64,000 bases of DNA from Alphaproteobacteria bacterium. Its GTDB lineage: Bacteria > Pseudomonadota > Alphaproteobacteria > JAAXGF01. The number at the start of each line of letters is the position of its first letter. Within the stretch, counting starts at the first letter, position 1. The stretch is from assembly GCA_963555825.3 (NCBI GenBank), contig CAUVXB020000001.1:1184001-1248000 (forward strand), in the 5' to 3' direction. A program made the position numbers and the translations under genes. Below the pieces are notes generated by a model, which had not been told where the DNA came from, did no database searches, and saw only the letters and a list, made by a program, of their open reading frames with translations. Positions 31,014 through 41,183 of this stretch are shown here, piece by piece.

Positions 31014-32657
31014 ACCCGCATTTCCCAAGTATCGTCGATATTCAGTGCGGCGAGAAGGCGATTCTGCTATAAGAATCATGAAGTTGTAGCATACATGGAG
31101 CGGCGGATATGGCACACCCGATGGGTGAATCGAAACCGGGGTGCCTTCGGGTCGTTTTTGACCGTCGATTGAAGCTTGAATTCCACGGTTCCAAGATCAC
31201 CTCTGATGCCGGGTTGCTCGCCTACCGGGAGCTTGACGATGCCCTCGGCCTGACTGAGATGGCCGAGGGTGTTTTCCAGGATAGCCGTACCGGCAAGAAC
31301 GGATGGCACGGCATGACGGGTCAGTTTCGCCAGTCCGTTTTCGGGCGCCTTGGCGGCTATGACGATGTGAACGACGCCGACCGTCTGGGACGCGATCCCG
31401 CCATGCGCTGGATTGTTGGCGGCAAGGCCATCGAAAGACAGGCCGCTTCCACCAGCCAGATGGGACGCTTCGAGACGGAGCTATTGGCCACCGACGAGAA
31501 CGTTGAAGCCTTGGTCGACATGAACGGGGTGTGGATCGACAAGGTTCATGACCGCCATCCGCCGAAGATGATCATTCTCGACATGGACAGCAGCGTCAGC
31601 CCGACCCATGGCGAACAAGAGGGAACAGCGTACAATGGTCACTTCGGCTGTACCTGCTAGCATCCGCTATTCCTGTTCAACCAGTTCGGCGACTTGGAGA
31701 GATGTTCCCTGCGCCCCGGTAATGTTCACAGTGCCGACGGATGGCGGAATGTTCTGGAGCCGGTGGTGATGCGCTATAAGGAAAGGAAGGTGCGGCTGTA
31801 TTTTCGTGGCGATGCCGCCTTCGCCTCACCGGAGATATACGAATATCTCGAAGCCGAGGGATTACTCTACGTCATCCGCCTCAAAGCGAACGCGATTCTC
31901 CAGCGGAACATTGCCCATCTGCTTACGCGACCTGTCGGTCGCCCGCCCGACCATGTTCGCCGTTTCCACGCCAGCTTCAGCTATCAGGCCGGATCGTGGA
32001 ACAAGAAGCGCCGTGTCGTGGCCAAAGTGGAGTGGCACCCCGGCGAGCTGGTTCCTCGCGTCGGTTTCATCGTCACTAATCTGTCGCGCCCTACCAAGCG
32101 GGTGGTGGCGTTCTATAATCACCGTGGCACGGCGGAGCAGCACATCAAGGAAGGCAAGAACGCCATCAACTGGACCCGTCTGTCATGTCGCAAGTTCCGC
32201 AACAATGCCGTTCGGCTCCAGCTTCACGCCCTGGCCTACAATCTGGGCAACTTCATGAGGACACTGGCTTTGCCGAAGGAGGTGGAGCACTGGTCGATGA
32301 CGACGTTGCGCGACAAGCTGGTGAAGATCGGGGCCAAGGTTGTCCGACATGGCCGCTACGTTACGTTCCAATTGGCTGAGGTGGCGGTGCCGAGGGACCT
32401 GTTCCGGAAAATCCTGAGCTTGATTGATGATCTGCGACGAAGACCCGCTCCGGCGTAGGCCGAGGGAATCGACGGCGAGGAGAAAGCGACAGGAGAGGTG
32501 TGTCTGGATGGCGAGAAAAATGACCGAGTGGCCTTCCAAGCGCGGGCCGATTACCAAAATCATGCCATCGGATGGCTGCATAGGGGATACAGTTCCCTTG
32601 GCGGTGGGAAAGTGGTACGATTTCCACGAATTTGGATGGTATATGGGGAATGTCGGA
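31014..32657 (+). mobile_element. IS1380 family insertion sequence
   Basis: Imperfect IR ACCCGCATTTCCCA / TGGGGAATGTCGGA flanked by TAA(A). Confidence 0.85.
31109..32458 (+). pseudogene. IS1380 transposase with in-frame TAG at 31658-31660
   Basis: ITSDAGLL, LDMDSS and YNGHFGCTC*HPLF (Tyr expected), RGDAAF and YNHRGTAEQHIKEGK in the same frame. Confidence 0.88.
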
Positions 32658-32660
32658 TAA

Positions 32661-33000
32661 AGCAATCGGCTGTGCGTCGAGCGCTTTGGAATCAGCCAAA
32701 CAGAATGGTGAAAAGGGCCACGAGGCGTGGGCGCTGTGGACTCTGGGAGAAATCCATACCAACGCAATCGAAGCTCTCGACCCCCTAGCCGAAAGGTGCG
32801 TCCGGGAAGCACAAACAATCGCTGTCGCCCGTCATATGGTCCCGCTGGCCGCCCATTGCCAAATGAGTCTGATTTTCGGACGCCGCGTCGGCTCGAAGCG
32901 AGCTTGACGCCGCGATTTCATGTTACCGCAAGCTCATGGGTTACTGGCTCGGCTTGCGGAAGCCGAGGCGAAGAGAAAAGAGCCGGCCGGGCTACTTAGA
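32661..33000 (+). pseudogene. 3' fragment of a TPR-containing protein (resembles C-termini of adenylate cyclase/AAA-ATPase-TPR proteins)
   Basis: GEKGHEAWALWTLGEI...MVPLAAHCQMSL; frameshifted and lacking its 5' part. Confidence 0.55.
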
Positions 33001-33107
33001 TTGCCGTAAGCAGTAGGCACACCGAGCCAACGCACCATTCTGGATAGTGCTCGCAGGTGGTGGATTTTTTTGACAAAAACGTCTGTGAGCGAGCTATAAC
33101 CGATCTT
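32800..33107 (+). repeat. Direct repeat copy A (~310 bp); copy B at 36077-36410
   Basis: Near-identical sequence differing mostly by short indels; both end in GAGCTATAACCGA(A)TCTT. Confidence 0.9.
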
Positions 33108-36066
33108 GACGGGGCGGTAAAAAGTTGTTGGCCGATGGCGTGCTTGTACAGGTCTTTGCGGTTCGGTGAAGAATATTTGCCTGTCTCCGCGTTGCTGGTG
33201 GATAAAACCTGATATTACCTACCCTTGGCTTCTCCTTGGCTTCGTTTTTTATGGTGCGATTGCCGCGCAGCGTCGGATATTGAGGCCGAGGGCACGCAGA
33301 TTGACCACGTAGCGCATGGCCGGCATGCCGCGAATGCGTAGGTGAGCCAGGTTCATCTGGTACTTTAATCGCGACATGGTCGCTTCTATGCCGGCCCGCC
33401 ATCTGTAGACGTTGCGGAAGGCATCGCTTTGTTCATAAAGCCGGCGCTTTTGGTTGGCAGCCCTGGCCGGGGTATATTGAAAGCGGGAAAATTGGCCGTC
33501 ACGCTTGGCCGCCTGCACGGGACATCGCAGTATATCGGGACATTTTTGGCAGATGGAGAGGTCGAAACGGGCCTGCAGCTTGGCTTTGGCGAGCGAGGCT
33601 GAAACCGGTTCGACGTTATTGGGACAGCGCAAGACCAAGCCTTCTTCGTTGAGAGTGAAATCCTCCAACGTCAACCGTCCCGAGACGGCGCCTTTCGGCG
33701 GTCGTGCGGGCGCCACGAGATTGATGTTCTGTTCGCGCGTCAGAGCCATGTTGTCACTGGAACCGTAATGTGAATCACCCAGCATCACCGCCGGCGTCAG
33801 CGCGCGCTCGCTCAGATCATCCAGCGCATCGGCTAAGCGATGGCCGTCATGCACCGTCATCTTGTGGACCTCCACGTGGGTGATGAGGTCCGGTGTCGCG
33901 GCAACCGCCTCGTTACTGACATCTTCACAATAGGTTTCGACGATCTGCGCCATGTATCCTTGACCCTTGTGCGCGTTGTAGCTCGCGTCCGGGTCGGCCG
34001 GATTGCCGACGGTATCGCACGGCACATCCTTTGGATCTCGAATCGCGGCGCGCGTTGCGTCACGATCGCCATACTCATCATCAACGATCTCGAACTGATC
34101 GCGCAGAACCCTCTCCAGGATCGCAAAACTGAAAAGCTTTGCCGCCGCCGTGTCACGGAATTGCAGCACCAGGGCTAGGAGATACTGACCCGCTTCGCCG
34201 AGGCGCCGTTTTGAAACACTCGGCGCCGGGCGCGCCATTACCCTCGCGATCGACATAGCGGCGGATCACCTCCTTGCTGATCTGCTGTGCAGACCGGGAT
34301 GATATCGCTCAAGCTCACGGGCAAACTTCGAGATGCTCTCAACAACGATACCAAGTCGTGTCAGCGCCCGCATTGCCGAACGAAGGGCCGTCGAATCCAT
34401 GCGTTGCTGGTATCGACAGAGAACCCCTGCACCAGCCGATCCGTCAAACACCGGAACAGCAATTCATCGAGACCTTGTTCTTAAACAGGCGTGCGATAGT
34501 TGCGCACCCGAGCTGTCCGCTTCGCTGCGACGTCCAAGGCATAGTGCCACGCCATATTGAAGGCCAGGGCCTCGACGGTCTCTGCATCGCTCAGATCGTG
34601 CAGCTGGCAAAAGCAGACCCCGATGACAACGTGTAGATCCTTCGATGGTCGGCCCATGCGTTCATCAAGGCGGGTCGATCGTCAACCGGAAGTTCGACAA
34701 GCAGATGGTTCCGAAAAACCCCGGCCCAGGATTGCTCCATCAGGCGCCGACGTTTGTCCCCGAAATCGGACCAGCCAAACAATTCCAAGTCCGTGGCGCG
34801 TAAAGTAAACATGCACAATTATAATCCAGCCGACTCTCATGAGGAATCGACTTTTTACCGCCCCGGAATCTTGGATGGAGAATGAAGGCGGCGTATCCTG
34901 GCGTTGATGAAGACGCCAATTTTCCGAAGAAAGGGGCCATGAAAGACGACAGTTGTTGCGTTGCGCCAGCCAGAGGACGATCCGCTGACGGGATATTGCG
35001 CGCCGGCGCCCGGCAGTTGCTTGGCCAGGCGATTGAAGCGGAAGTTGCCGCCGAAGCCCATGCCGATTTGACCGACGCTTCGGGCCGGCGCCGATTGTGT
35101 CACGGGCACATGCCGGAACCGAGTTCAGACCGGGATCGGAGCTGTGACGGGAAGCCTCAAGAGTCGAGCCGATGGATCCAGCAGGCCACGGGTCGGGGCG
35201 TTTCACGTCATCGATCCTGCCGCCTTATGCTCAGGCGCGCCAAGTCGGTCGAGGCGCTTCTGCCCTGGCTTTATCGTGAAGGGCATCTCCAGCGGCGACT
35301 TTTCGGAGGCCCTGGCCCCGGCGCTCCGCTTGCCTCCAGCAGACCGGACGCGCCATGGCGGCTGACGGCCAGCACCATTGGCCGGCTGACCGCGGTCTGG
35401 TGCCCCGAATACATGGCAAAAGCGCGACCTTTCGGCTCGGCGCTACGTCTATTTTTGGGCCGACGGGGTCTAGTCTCGCGATCGGCAATCATCGGCGCCG
35501 ACGCCATGCTCGCAAGCCGGACATCGTCCACGCCCATGCCGTCGACGGCCAAGCTCGCGGGCGGAACTGCACGCTTGCGCGCCACCGCTTGGCCGGCCCC
35601 AGCTGCGGCGCCTTGGGCTTCTGGAAGCCGCTACGCTCGACGCCAGGGTGCAGCGTTGCTGGGATCTCAAGACCGCCAACGTGTTCAACCAGATGTCCCT
35701 GGCACCAATTTTTTTGGCCATCTGCACGACATCTGGATGGCCGACTCAGGGCCGACGCCGAAGCCGCCTTCGCCGAGGCGCCATTGCACGGCGCAAAATA
35801 CCACAAGGCCGCAGAGCGCCTGGTCAAGGACGGCGCTCGAGCTACGTCCCGGCCGAGCACTGGAAGCCGAGCCATCGACAAGAGCCACGTGCGCCTGAGC
35901 TTGAAGACCAAGGGGTGCCTGAAGGGCCGCAAGACGGCGCATCGCATGGTCAAACTGGATCGAGTGCCAGGCGGAAATGGCGGAATGATCAAATCAACTC
36001 GGAACTCGTAAGCAGTAGGTTCAAACACGCCGGCGATAGCTCCGTCACCAACTTTCAGACATAGCT
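33091..36066 (+). mobile_element. Degraded IS256 family element with IS1182 nested in its left IR
   Basis: GAGCTATAACCG...ATAGCT ends; transposase remnants (LRAGARQLLGQAIEAEV, RRAKSVEALLPWLY, LKTKGCL) at 34939-35990. Confidence 0.75.
33110..34865 (-). mobile_element. IS1182 family insertion sequence (frameshifted transposase)
   Basis: 16-bp perfect IR CGGGGCGGTAAAAAGT / ACTTTTTACCGCCCCG; DPDASY..KGQGY, GDSHYGS and YRWRAGIEATMS.LK in 33249-34256. Confidence 0.82.
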
Positions 36067-36076
36067 GTCCGGTCGC

Positions 36077-36410
36077 GTCCGGGAAGCACAAACAACGTCA
36101 TATGGTCCCGCTGGCCGCCCATTGCCAAATGAGTCTCGGCAAGATTTTCGGACGCCAAGGGGCGTCGAAATCTGCTCGAAGCGAGCTTGACGCCGCGATT
36201 TTGTTACCGCAAGCTCGGCATGGGTTACTGGCTCGAGCTTGCGGAAGCCGAGGCGAAGAGAAAAGAGCCGGCCGGGCTACTTAGATTGCCGTAAGCAGTA
36301 GGCACACCGAGCGACAACGCACCATTCTGGATAGTGCTCGCAGGTGGTTGGATTTTTTTGACAAACCTGTAGCGTTCGGCACGTCTGTGAGCGAGCTATA
36401 ACCGAATCTT
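36077..36410 (+). repeat. Direct repeat copy B of 32800-33107
   Basis: Alignment by eye. Confidence 0.9.
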
Positions 36411-36494
36411 GTGTACGGCGTTGAAATGAAGGCGGCGTATCCTGGTGATTGTTGATGTCACCACTTGAGCTAAGCCAAGGAAGGATACGCCATG
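36393..36494 (+). mobile_element. Left end of a second IS256-like element, cut at its transposase ATG
   Basis: GAGCTATAACCGAATCTTG..AATGAAGGCGGCGTATCCTGG shared with 34866-34900; AAGGATACGCCATG then abrupt change. Confidence 0.65.
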
Positions 36495-37102
36495 TGTCAA
36501 TGGCGGAGCAAAAAGGGACCACCTCGGCGGTGTAAGAAGGGACCGCTTGGCGGCTGCGGGCTTGTCCCCGTAGTCCACGGGAGGGCCCCGCGCGCGACGC
36601 GGCGTGCCCTCAACAGGCTGACGCGGCGGCGCGCGCGGGAGGGACCTGTGGGCCCACGGGGTCAAGCGTGGGCTGGGTGGTCGGTTCAGTTAGCAGTCGG
36701 GGTTTGACGCCTGCGGCTCTGGTTGAGCCTGTAGCTGTCACCGTTCATCTCGAGGATGTTGACGTGGTGGGTGAGGCGATCGAGGAGCGCGCCGGTGAGG
36801 CGCTCGGAGCCGAACACCTCGGTCCATTCGTCGAAGGGCAGATTGGTGGTGACCAGGGTCGAGCCCCGCTCGTAGCGTTGGCTGAACACCTCGAACAACA
36901 GCTCGGCGCCGGTCTTCGACAGCGGCACGAAGCCGAGTTCGTCGACGATCAGAAGCTTGTAGGTGGCGAGCTTCTTCTGGAACCTCAGCAGCTGCTTGTC
37001 ATCGCGGGCCTCGATGAGTTCGTGGACCAGCGCGGCGGCGGTGATGAAGCCGACCGAGAGGCCCTTCTGGCAGGCCGCCAGGCCGAGACCGAGGGCGATG
37101 TG
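36495..37102 (-). mobile_element. istB: IS21 family remnant (right end plus 3' part of istB at 36686-37102)
   Basis: TGTCAATGGCGG terminus; LLIVDELGFVP, TTNLPFDEW and ALLDRLTHH motifs; no istA. Confidence 0.85.
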
Positions 37103-37155
37103 GGGTAAACGCGTGAAGGCTTTCCTTTCGCCGCCGACCGGGCTCTTATAGCCTG

Positions 37156-37587
37156 ATGGAACCATCGCTGTTGGACAAGCTGGTCACGGAAGTCCGGCGC
37201 TATCAGGACAAAGACTTCCTGAAGGCGGCGATGGCGGTCTGCGCGCTCGCCGCCAATGCGGACAACGAGGTCAATCTCTCGGAACGCTACAGCATCGATC
37301 GCGCGATCGAGACCGAACCCGCGCTCAATCTGTTCGACGCGACCAAGGCAGTCCGCATCCTCGACGACTACATCTTCGCGCTACGCGAGGAGGGCGACGC
37401 GGCGAAGGCGGTGCTCGACAACAAGGTGCGGCGCTTCGCCGGCACTCATAAACGCTCGCGCACGTTGATGCGCGTCGCCTATCTGATCATCGCCGCGGAT
37501 CAGGAAATTGTCGCCGCCGAACGCGCGGAGTTCGACCGCCTCTGCGGCCTCCTCGACCTCGACCATACCCAGGTCTGGCCGGGCTAG
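37156..37587 (+). CDS. TerB family tellurite resistance protein
   Basis: FLKAAMAVCALAANAD.V..SE and IIAADQEIVAAE...LCGLLDL repeats. Confidence 0.8.
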   Translation: MEPSLLDKLVTEVRRYQDKDFLKAAMAVCALAANADNEVNLSERYSIDRAIETEPALNLFDATKAVRILDDYIFALREEGDAAKAVLDNKVRRFAGTHKRSRTLMRVAYLIIAADQEIVAAERAEFDRLCGLLDLDHTQVWPG

Positions 37588-37589
37588 AG

Positions 37590-37767
37590 TTAAGTGCGGT
37601 CAATTCGATTCGGTCGGAATTTGCCAGCCTGCGCCAATCTAAATGGGACAAGAGGGGGGCCGCCGACCGTTCGGCCAGTGCTTGTGGGATTAAGAATGGC
37701 CTTGTGGGATAAAGAGTGGCATGCGCGGCGACTGAGCGCAGGTCACCAAAGGTGACCGCACAATAAA
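37590..37767 (+). repeat. Intergenic repeat family copy 2 (intact)
   Basis: Terminal IR GTGCGGTCA/TGACCGCAC, internal 20-bp tandem pair at 37681-37720, homology to copies 1 and 3. Confidence 0.8.
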
Positions 37768-38682
37768 CTACCCCAGCTGGTAGTCGGCGAAGTAGGCCGC
37801 GCAGAAATTGGCGAAGCTGTCGACCAGGCGCGTCGGGCGGGCCTGCGCGAGGCGCGCCAGCGCGATGTGGCCGGGCTCGACCGCGTCGGCGAGCGGTCGG
37901 CAGACGACACCGCGGCCGTCGTAGGTGACGTCGGCCGCGGGCCGCGTGATCAGCAGCGCATAGCCCATGCCGGCGCCGACCATGCCACGCACGGTCTCGA
38001 ACGACGGCGTGCGGAATCGGATGTTCGGCTCGAACCCCGCCTTGAGCATCAACGACGTAAAATATTCGCGGCCCGGCGGCACGTCGAGCAGGATCATCGG
38101 TTCCGCGGCGAGGTCGGCGAGCGATACGGTCTTCCGTCGCGCCAGCGGCTCGTACGCCGGCAGCAGGACATAGGGCGGCAGGTCGATCAACGGCCGCACG
38201 TCGAGATGCGGACCGAGTTCGTAATCGTAAAGCAGCGCGACGGTGAAGCGGCCGCTATCGAGGCCGCGCAGCAATTCGTCCTGATGACCCTCGTCGAGCG
38301 CGATGTCGACCGCCGGATACTCCGCCGTGAAGCCGGTCACGATCGACGGCATGAAGAACGGTGCGATAGTCAGATAGCAGCCGACGTCGAGCCGGCCGCG
38401 CAGCTCCTGCCCAAGGCCCCGCGCCCGTTCGCTCAGCTCGCCGGCGTGGGCGAGCAGGCTGCGCGCCTCGGCGAGCAGCGGTTGCCCCGCCGGAGTCGGT
38501 GTCACGCCATGGGCGTGGTGGCGCAACAGGAGCTGGACGCCGAACAGGTCCTCGAGCTTGGCGATCGCGGTCGAGACCGACGGTTGCGAGACATTGAGCG
38601 CGCGGGCCGCCCCGGCGACGCTGCCGCATTCGGCGGCGGCGACGAAATAGGCGAGCTGGCGGAGCGTGTAGGTTATCGCCAT
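37768..38682 (-). CDS. LysR family transcriptional regulator
   Basis: TLRQLAYFVAAAECGSVAGAARALNVSQPSVS HTH. Confidence 0.93.
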   Translation of the reverse strand: MAITYTLRQLAYFVAAAECGSVAGAARALNVSQPSVSTAIAKLEDLFGVQLLLRHHAHGVTPTPAGQPLLAEARSLLAHAGELSERARGLGQELRGRLDVGCYLTIAPFFMPSIVTGFTAEYPAVDIALDEGHQDELLRGLDSGRFTVALLYDYELGPHLDVRPLIDLPPYVLLPAYEPLARRKTVSLADLAAEPMILLDVPPGREYFTSLMLKAGFEPNIRFRTPSFETVRGMVGAGMGYALLITRPAADVTYDGRGVVCRPLADAVEPGHIALARLAQARPTRLVDSFANFCAAYFADYQLG

Positions 38683-38789
38683 AATCTATATCTCCTCTAG
38701 TTAAATAATATTTTATTTATGTCTAGCCTTCAACCATCTTTGCGCCATCGAGACACGACGGGCCGAGACTCGGACCAAGGAGACAGACG

Positions 38790-38969
38790 ATGCATATCAC
38801 GCTTAAGGACTTCCGCGACGCCACCCGCGCCTATGTCGAGATCCACACGGCCGACGACGCGCCGCGCTACTACCGCTTCGGCGTCGCCTCGAACCTGCGC
38901 CGCCGCATCATCACGACGCTGCCGCAGCCGAAACCGCGCGACGTCGCGGACCTGGCCGCGCGCGCCTGA
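38790..38969 (+). CDS. Small hypothetical protein (59 aa, MHITLKDFRDATRAYVEIH...)
   Basis: AAGGAGA RBS, strong GC3 bias, first ORF of the hpaB-like unit; below the ORF-track cutoff. Confidence 0.6.
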   Translation: MHITLKDFRDATRAYVEIHTADDAPRYYRFGVASNLRRRIITTLPQPKPRDVADLAARA

Positions 38970-39000
38970 CCCCAGACACCCCGTAAGCGAGGACAAGAAA

Positions 39001-40449
39001 ATGTTGAGGACCGGTGACGAATATCGCGACTCGATCCGCGACGACCGCCAGGTTTGGATGAATGGCGAAAAGATCAAGGACGTGACGAGCCACCCGCCGT
39101 TCAAGCCGATCGTCGACGTGCGCGCGCGCATTTACGACATGGCGCATGAGGACAAGTACCGCGAGGTCATGTCCTATATCGACGATCAGTCGAACCAGCC
39201 AAACTGCATCGGCTACAAGCTGCCGAGGACGCAGAACGACTGGCACCAAAAACGCTCATCGATCGACGCCGTGATGCGCGACATCGGCGGCGTCGTCATC
39301 CGCGTCGGCGACGAGACGGCGGGCGAGCTGTGGTCGCTCTACGACGGCCGCGACGTCTTGAACGAGGTCGACCCGCAGTTCTCCGAGAACATCGAGCGAC
39401 ACATCCAGGACGTGCTGACCAGCGACACCTTCCATGTCTCGGCCAACACCGATCCGAAGGGCGACCGTTCGAAGCGACCGCAGGACCAAGACCCCGACAT
39501 GCTGCTGCATATGGTCAAGGAAACCGACGCCGGCATCGTCGTGCGCGGCGCCAAGTACGAGACCGCGGCGGCGTACTCGAACCAGGCCTTCGTCAAGCCG
39601 ACGATCGCCAACTGGGGCGACGACAAGCTGTCGGACTACGCGCTCGGCTTCATCTGCCCGATGAACGCGCCCGGCCTCAAGCACATCTGCCGCACCGGCT
39701 TCGCCGGCCGCGGCCCGATCGAGGACTACCCGCTCTCCAACCGCTTCGACGAGATCGACACGCTGTTGGTCTTCGATGACGTGCTGGTGCCGTGGGAGGA
39801 CGTGCTGTTCTACCGCCACACCCGCGCGGCGAGCTACATCCGCGGCACGCTGCACCGTTACAGCGCGCTCGCCTTCGTGCAGCGCCTGCAATACATCGCC
39901 GACATGATGATCGGCGCCGCGCTGTTCAACGCGCGCCAGACCGGCCTCGACAAGATGCCGGCGGTGCGCGAGAAGCTGGCCCAGCTTGCTTGCTACCGCG
40001 AGACGATCAACGCCCATCTGACGGCCGCGATCGCGACCGCCGAGAAGAGCCCGGGCGACCTGCTGATGCCCAACCAGTCGCTCTTGTACACCGGGCGCGT
40101 GCAGGCGTGTACGCAGCTGCCGGCGATGATGCACATCGCGCGCGAGCTGTGCGGCGGCCAGATCTGCGTCACGCCCGATGCGGCGGCGTTCGACGACCCC
40201 GAGACCAAGCCTTGGCTCGAGAAGTACTACACGGTCAACGACAACTGGCTGCCCGAGGATCGGCGCAAGCTGCTGGCCTTCGCCCGCGACCTGCTGAACT
40301 CGGACTACGCCGGCCATCGGCTGACCTTCCAGCTGTTCGCCCAGTCGCCGCCGTTCGCGCATCTCAACGCGGTCTACAACAACTTCGACTTCGCCGGCCC
40401 GCTCGCCTTCGTCAAGAAGGCGGCCGGCCTCTCGGACCGGGTGCTCTAG
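39001..40449 (+). CDS. 4-hydroxyphenylacetate 3-hydroxylase (HpaB) family flavin-dependent monooxygenase, oxygenase component
   Basis: RTGDEYRDSIRD.RQVW.NGEKI.DVT.HP, GIVVRGAK, SNRFDEID and FDDVLVPWE motifs. Confidence 0.9.
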   Translation: MLRTGDEYRDSIRDDRQVWMNGEKIKDVTSHPPFKPIVDVRARIYDMAHEDKYREVMSYIDDQSNQPNCIGYKLPRTQNDWHQKRSSIDAVMRDIGGVVIRVGDETAGELWSLYDGRDVLNEVDPQFSENIERHIQDVLTSDTFHVSANTDPKGDRSKRPQDQDPDMLLHMVKETDAGIVVRGAKYETAAAYSNQAFVKPTIANWGDDKLSDYALGFICPMNAPGLKHICRTGFAGRGPIEDYPLSNRFDEIDTLLVFDDVLVPWEDVLFYRHTRAASYIRGTLHRYSALAFVQRLQYIADMMIGAALFNARQTGLDKMPAVREKLAQLACYRETINAHLTAAIATAEKSPGDLLMPNQSLLYTGRVQACTQLPAMMHIARELCGGQICVTPDAAAFDDPETKPWLEKYYTVNDNWLPEDRRKLLAFARDLLNSDYAGHRLTFQLFAQSPPFAHLNAVYNNFDFAGPLAFVKKAAGLSDRVL

Positions 40450-40520
40450 CCCGCGACCCCGCCCGCAGTACCGGCCGTCAACACGACCGAGTCAGGTTGA
40501 CCGTCACAGCCCGCGACTGC

Positions 40521-40588
40521 GGGCCGCCGACCGTTCGGCGGAAGCATGCGCGGCGATTGAGCGCAGCAAAGCCACTCGTGGCTTTGCG
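40521..40588 (+). repeat. Intergenic repeat family copy 3 (shortened core)
   Basis: GGCCGCCGACCGTTCGGC and GCATGCGCGGCGATTGAGCGCA shared with copy 2; terminal hairpin GCAAAGCCAC/GTGGCTTTGC. Confidence 0.7.
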
Positions 40589-40608
40589 TAGAAAAAGGAG
40601 ACAAGGCC

Positions 40609-41115
40609 ATGTTGCGCGATCGTTATCTCGAGGCCATGAGCGAGGCCGCCGCGACCGTCTCGGTGGTCACCACCGACGGCCCCGCGGGCCGCGCCGGGGT
40701 CACCGTCAGCGCGATGTGCTCGGTCTCGGCCGATCCGCCGACGATCCTGGTCTGCGTCCACCACCTGAGCCCGGCCTGCGAAGCGATCCGCGAGAACGGC
40801 GCCTTCTGCGTCAACGTCCTTGGCGACGGACAGTCGGCCATCTCGGACACCTTCGCCGGGCGCGCGCCGACGCCGGGCGGCGACAAGTTCGCCTGCGCCG
40901 AATGGCGCGCGCTCGCCACCGGCGCGCCGGCGCTCGACGACCCGCTGGTTGCGCTCGACTGCCGGCTCGTCGAGCACCTGCGCCAGGGATCGCATTACGT
41001 CTTCATCGGCGAGGTCGCCGACATCGCGCTCGGCGACGGCGCGCCGCTGGTCTACGCCAAGCGCGCCTACCGAGGCCTCGGCCTGCCGCTCGAGGCGCTG
41101 CCGCAGGCGGCGTAG
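40609..41115 (+). CDS. Flavin reductase (HpaC-like)
   Basis: VSVVTTDG, SVSADPP, FCVNVL and GSHYVFIGEV motifs. Confidence 0.92.
   Translation: MLRDRYLEAMSEAAATVSVVTTDGPAGRAGVTVSAMCSVSADPPTILVCVHHLSPACEAIRENGAFCVNVLGDGQSAISDTFAGRAPTPGGDKFACAEWRALATGAPALDDPLVALDCRLVEHLRQGSHYVFIGEVADIALGDGAPLVYAKRAYRGLGLPLEALPQAA
40966..41115 (+). repeat. 150-bp direct repeat, left boundary of island (3' end of flavin reductase gene)
   Basis: Matches 48091-48240 with five third-position differences. Confidence 0.95.
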
Positions 41116-41183
41116 GCCGCGGCGTGACGACGTGACGGCGCTCGACTGCGTTCATCCCGTCATGAGGAAACATCCACCCATAA

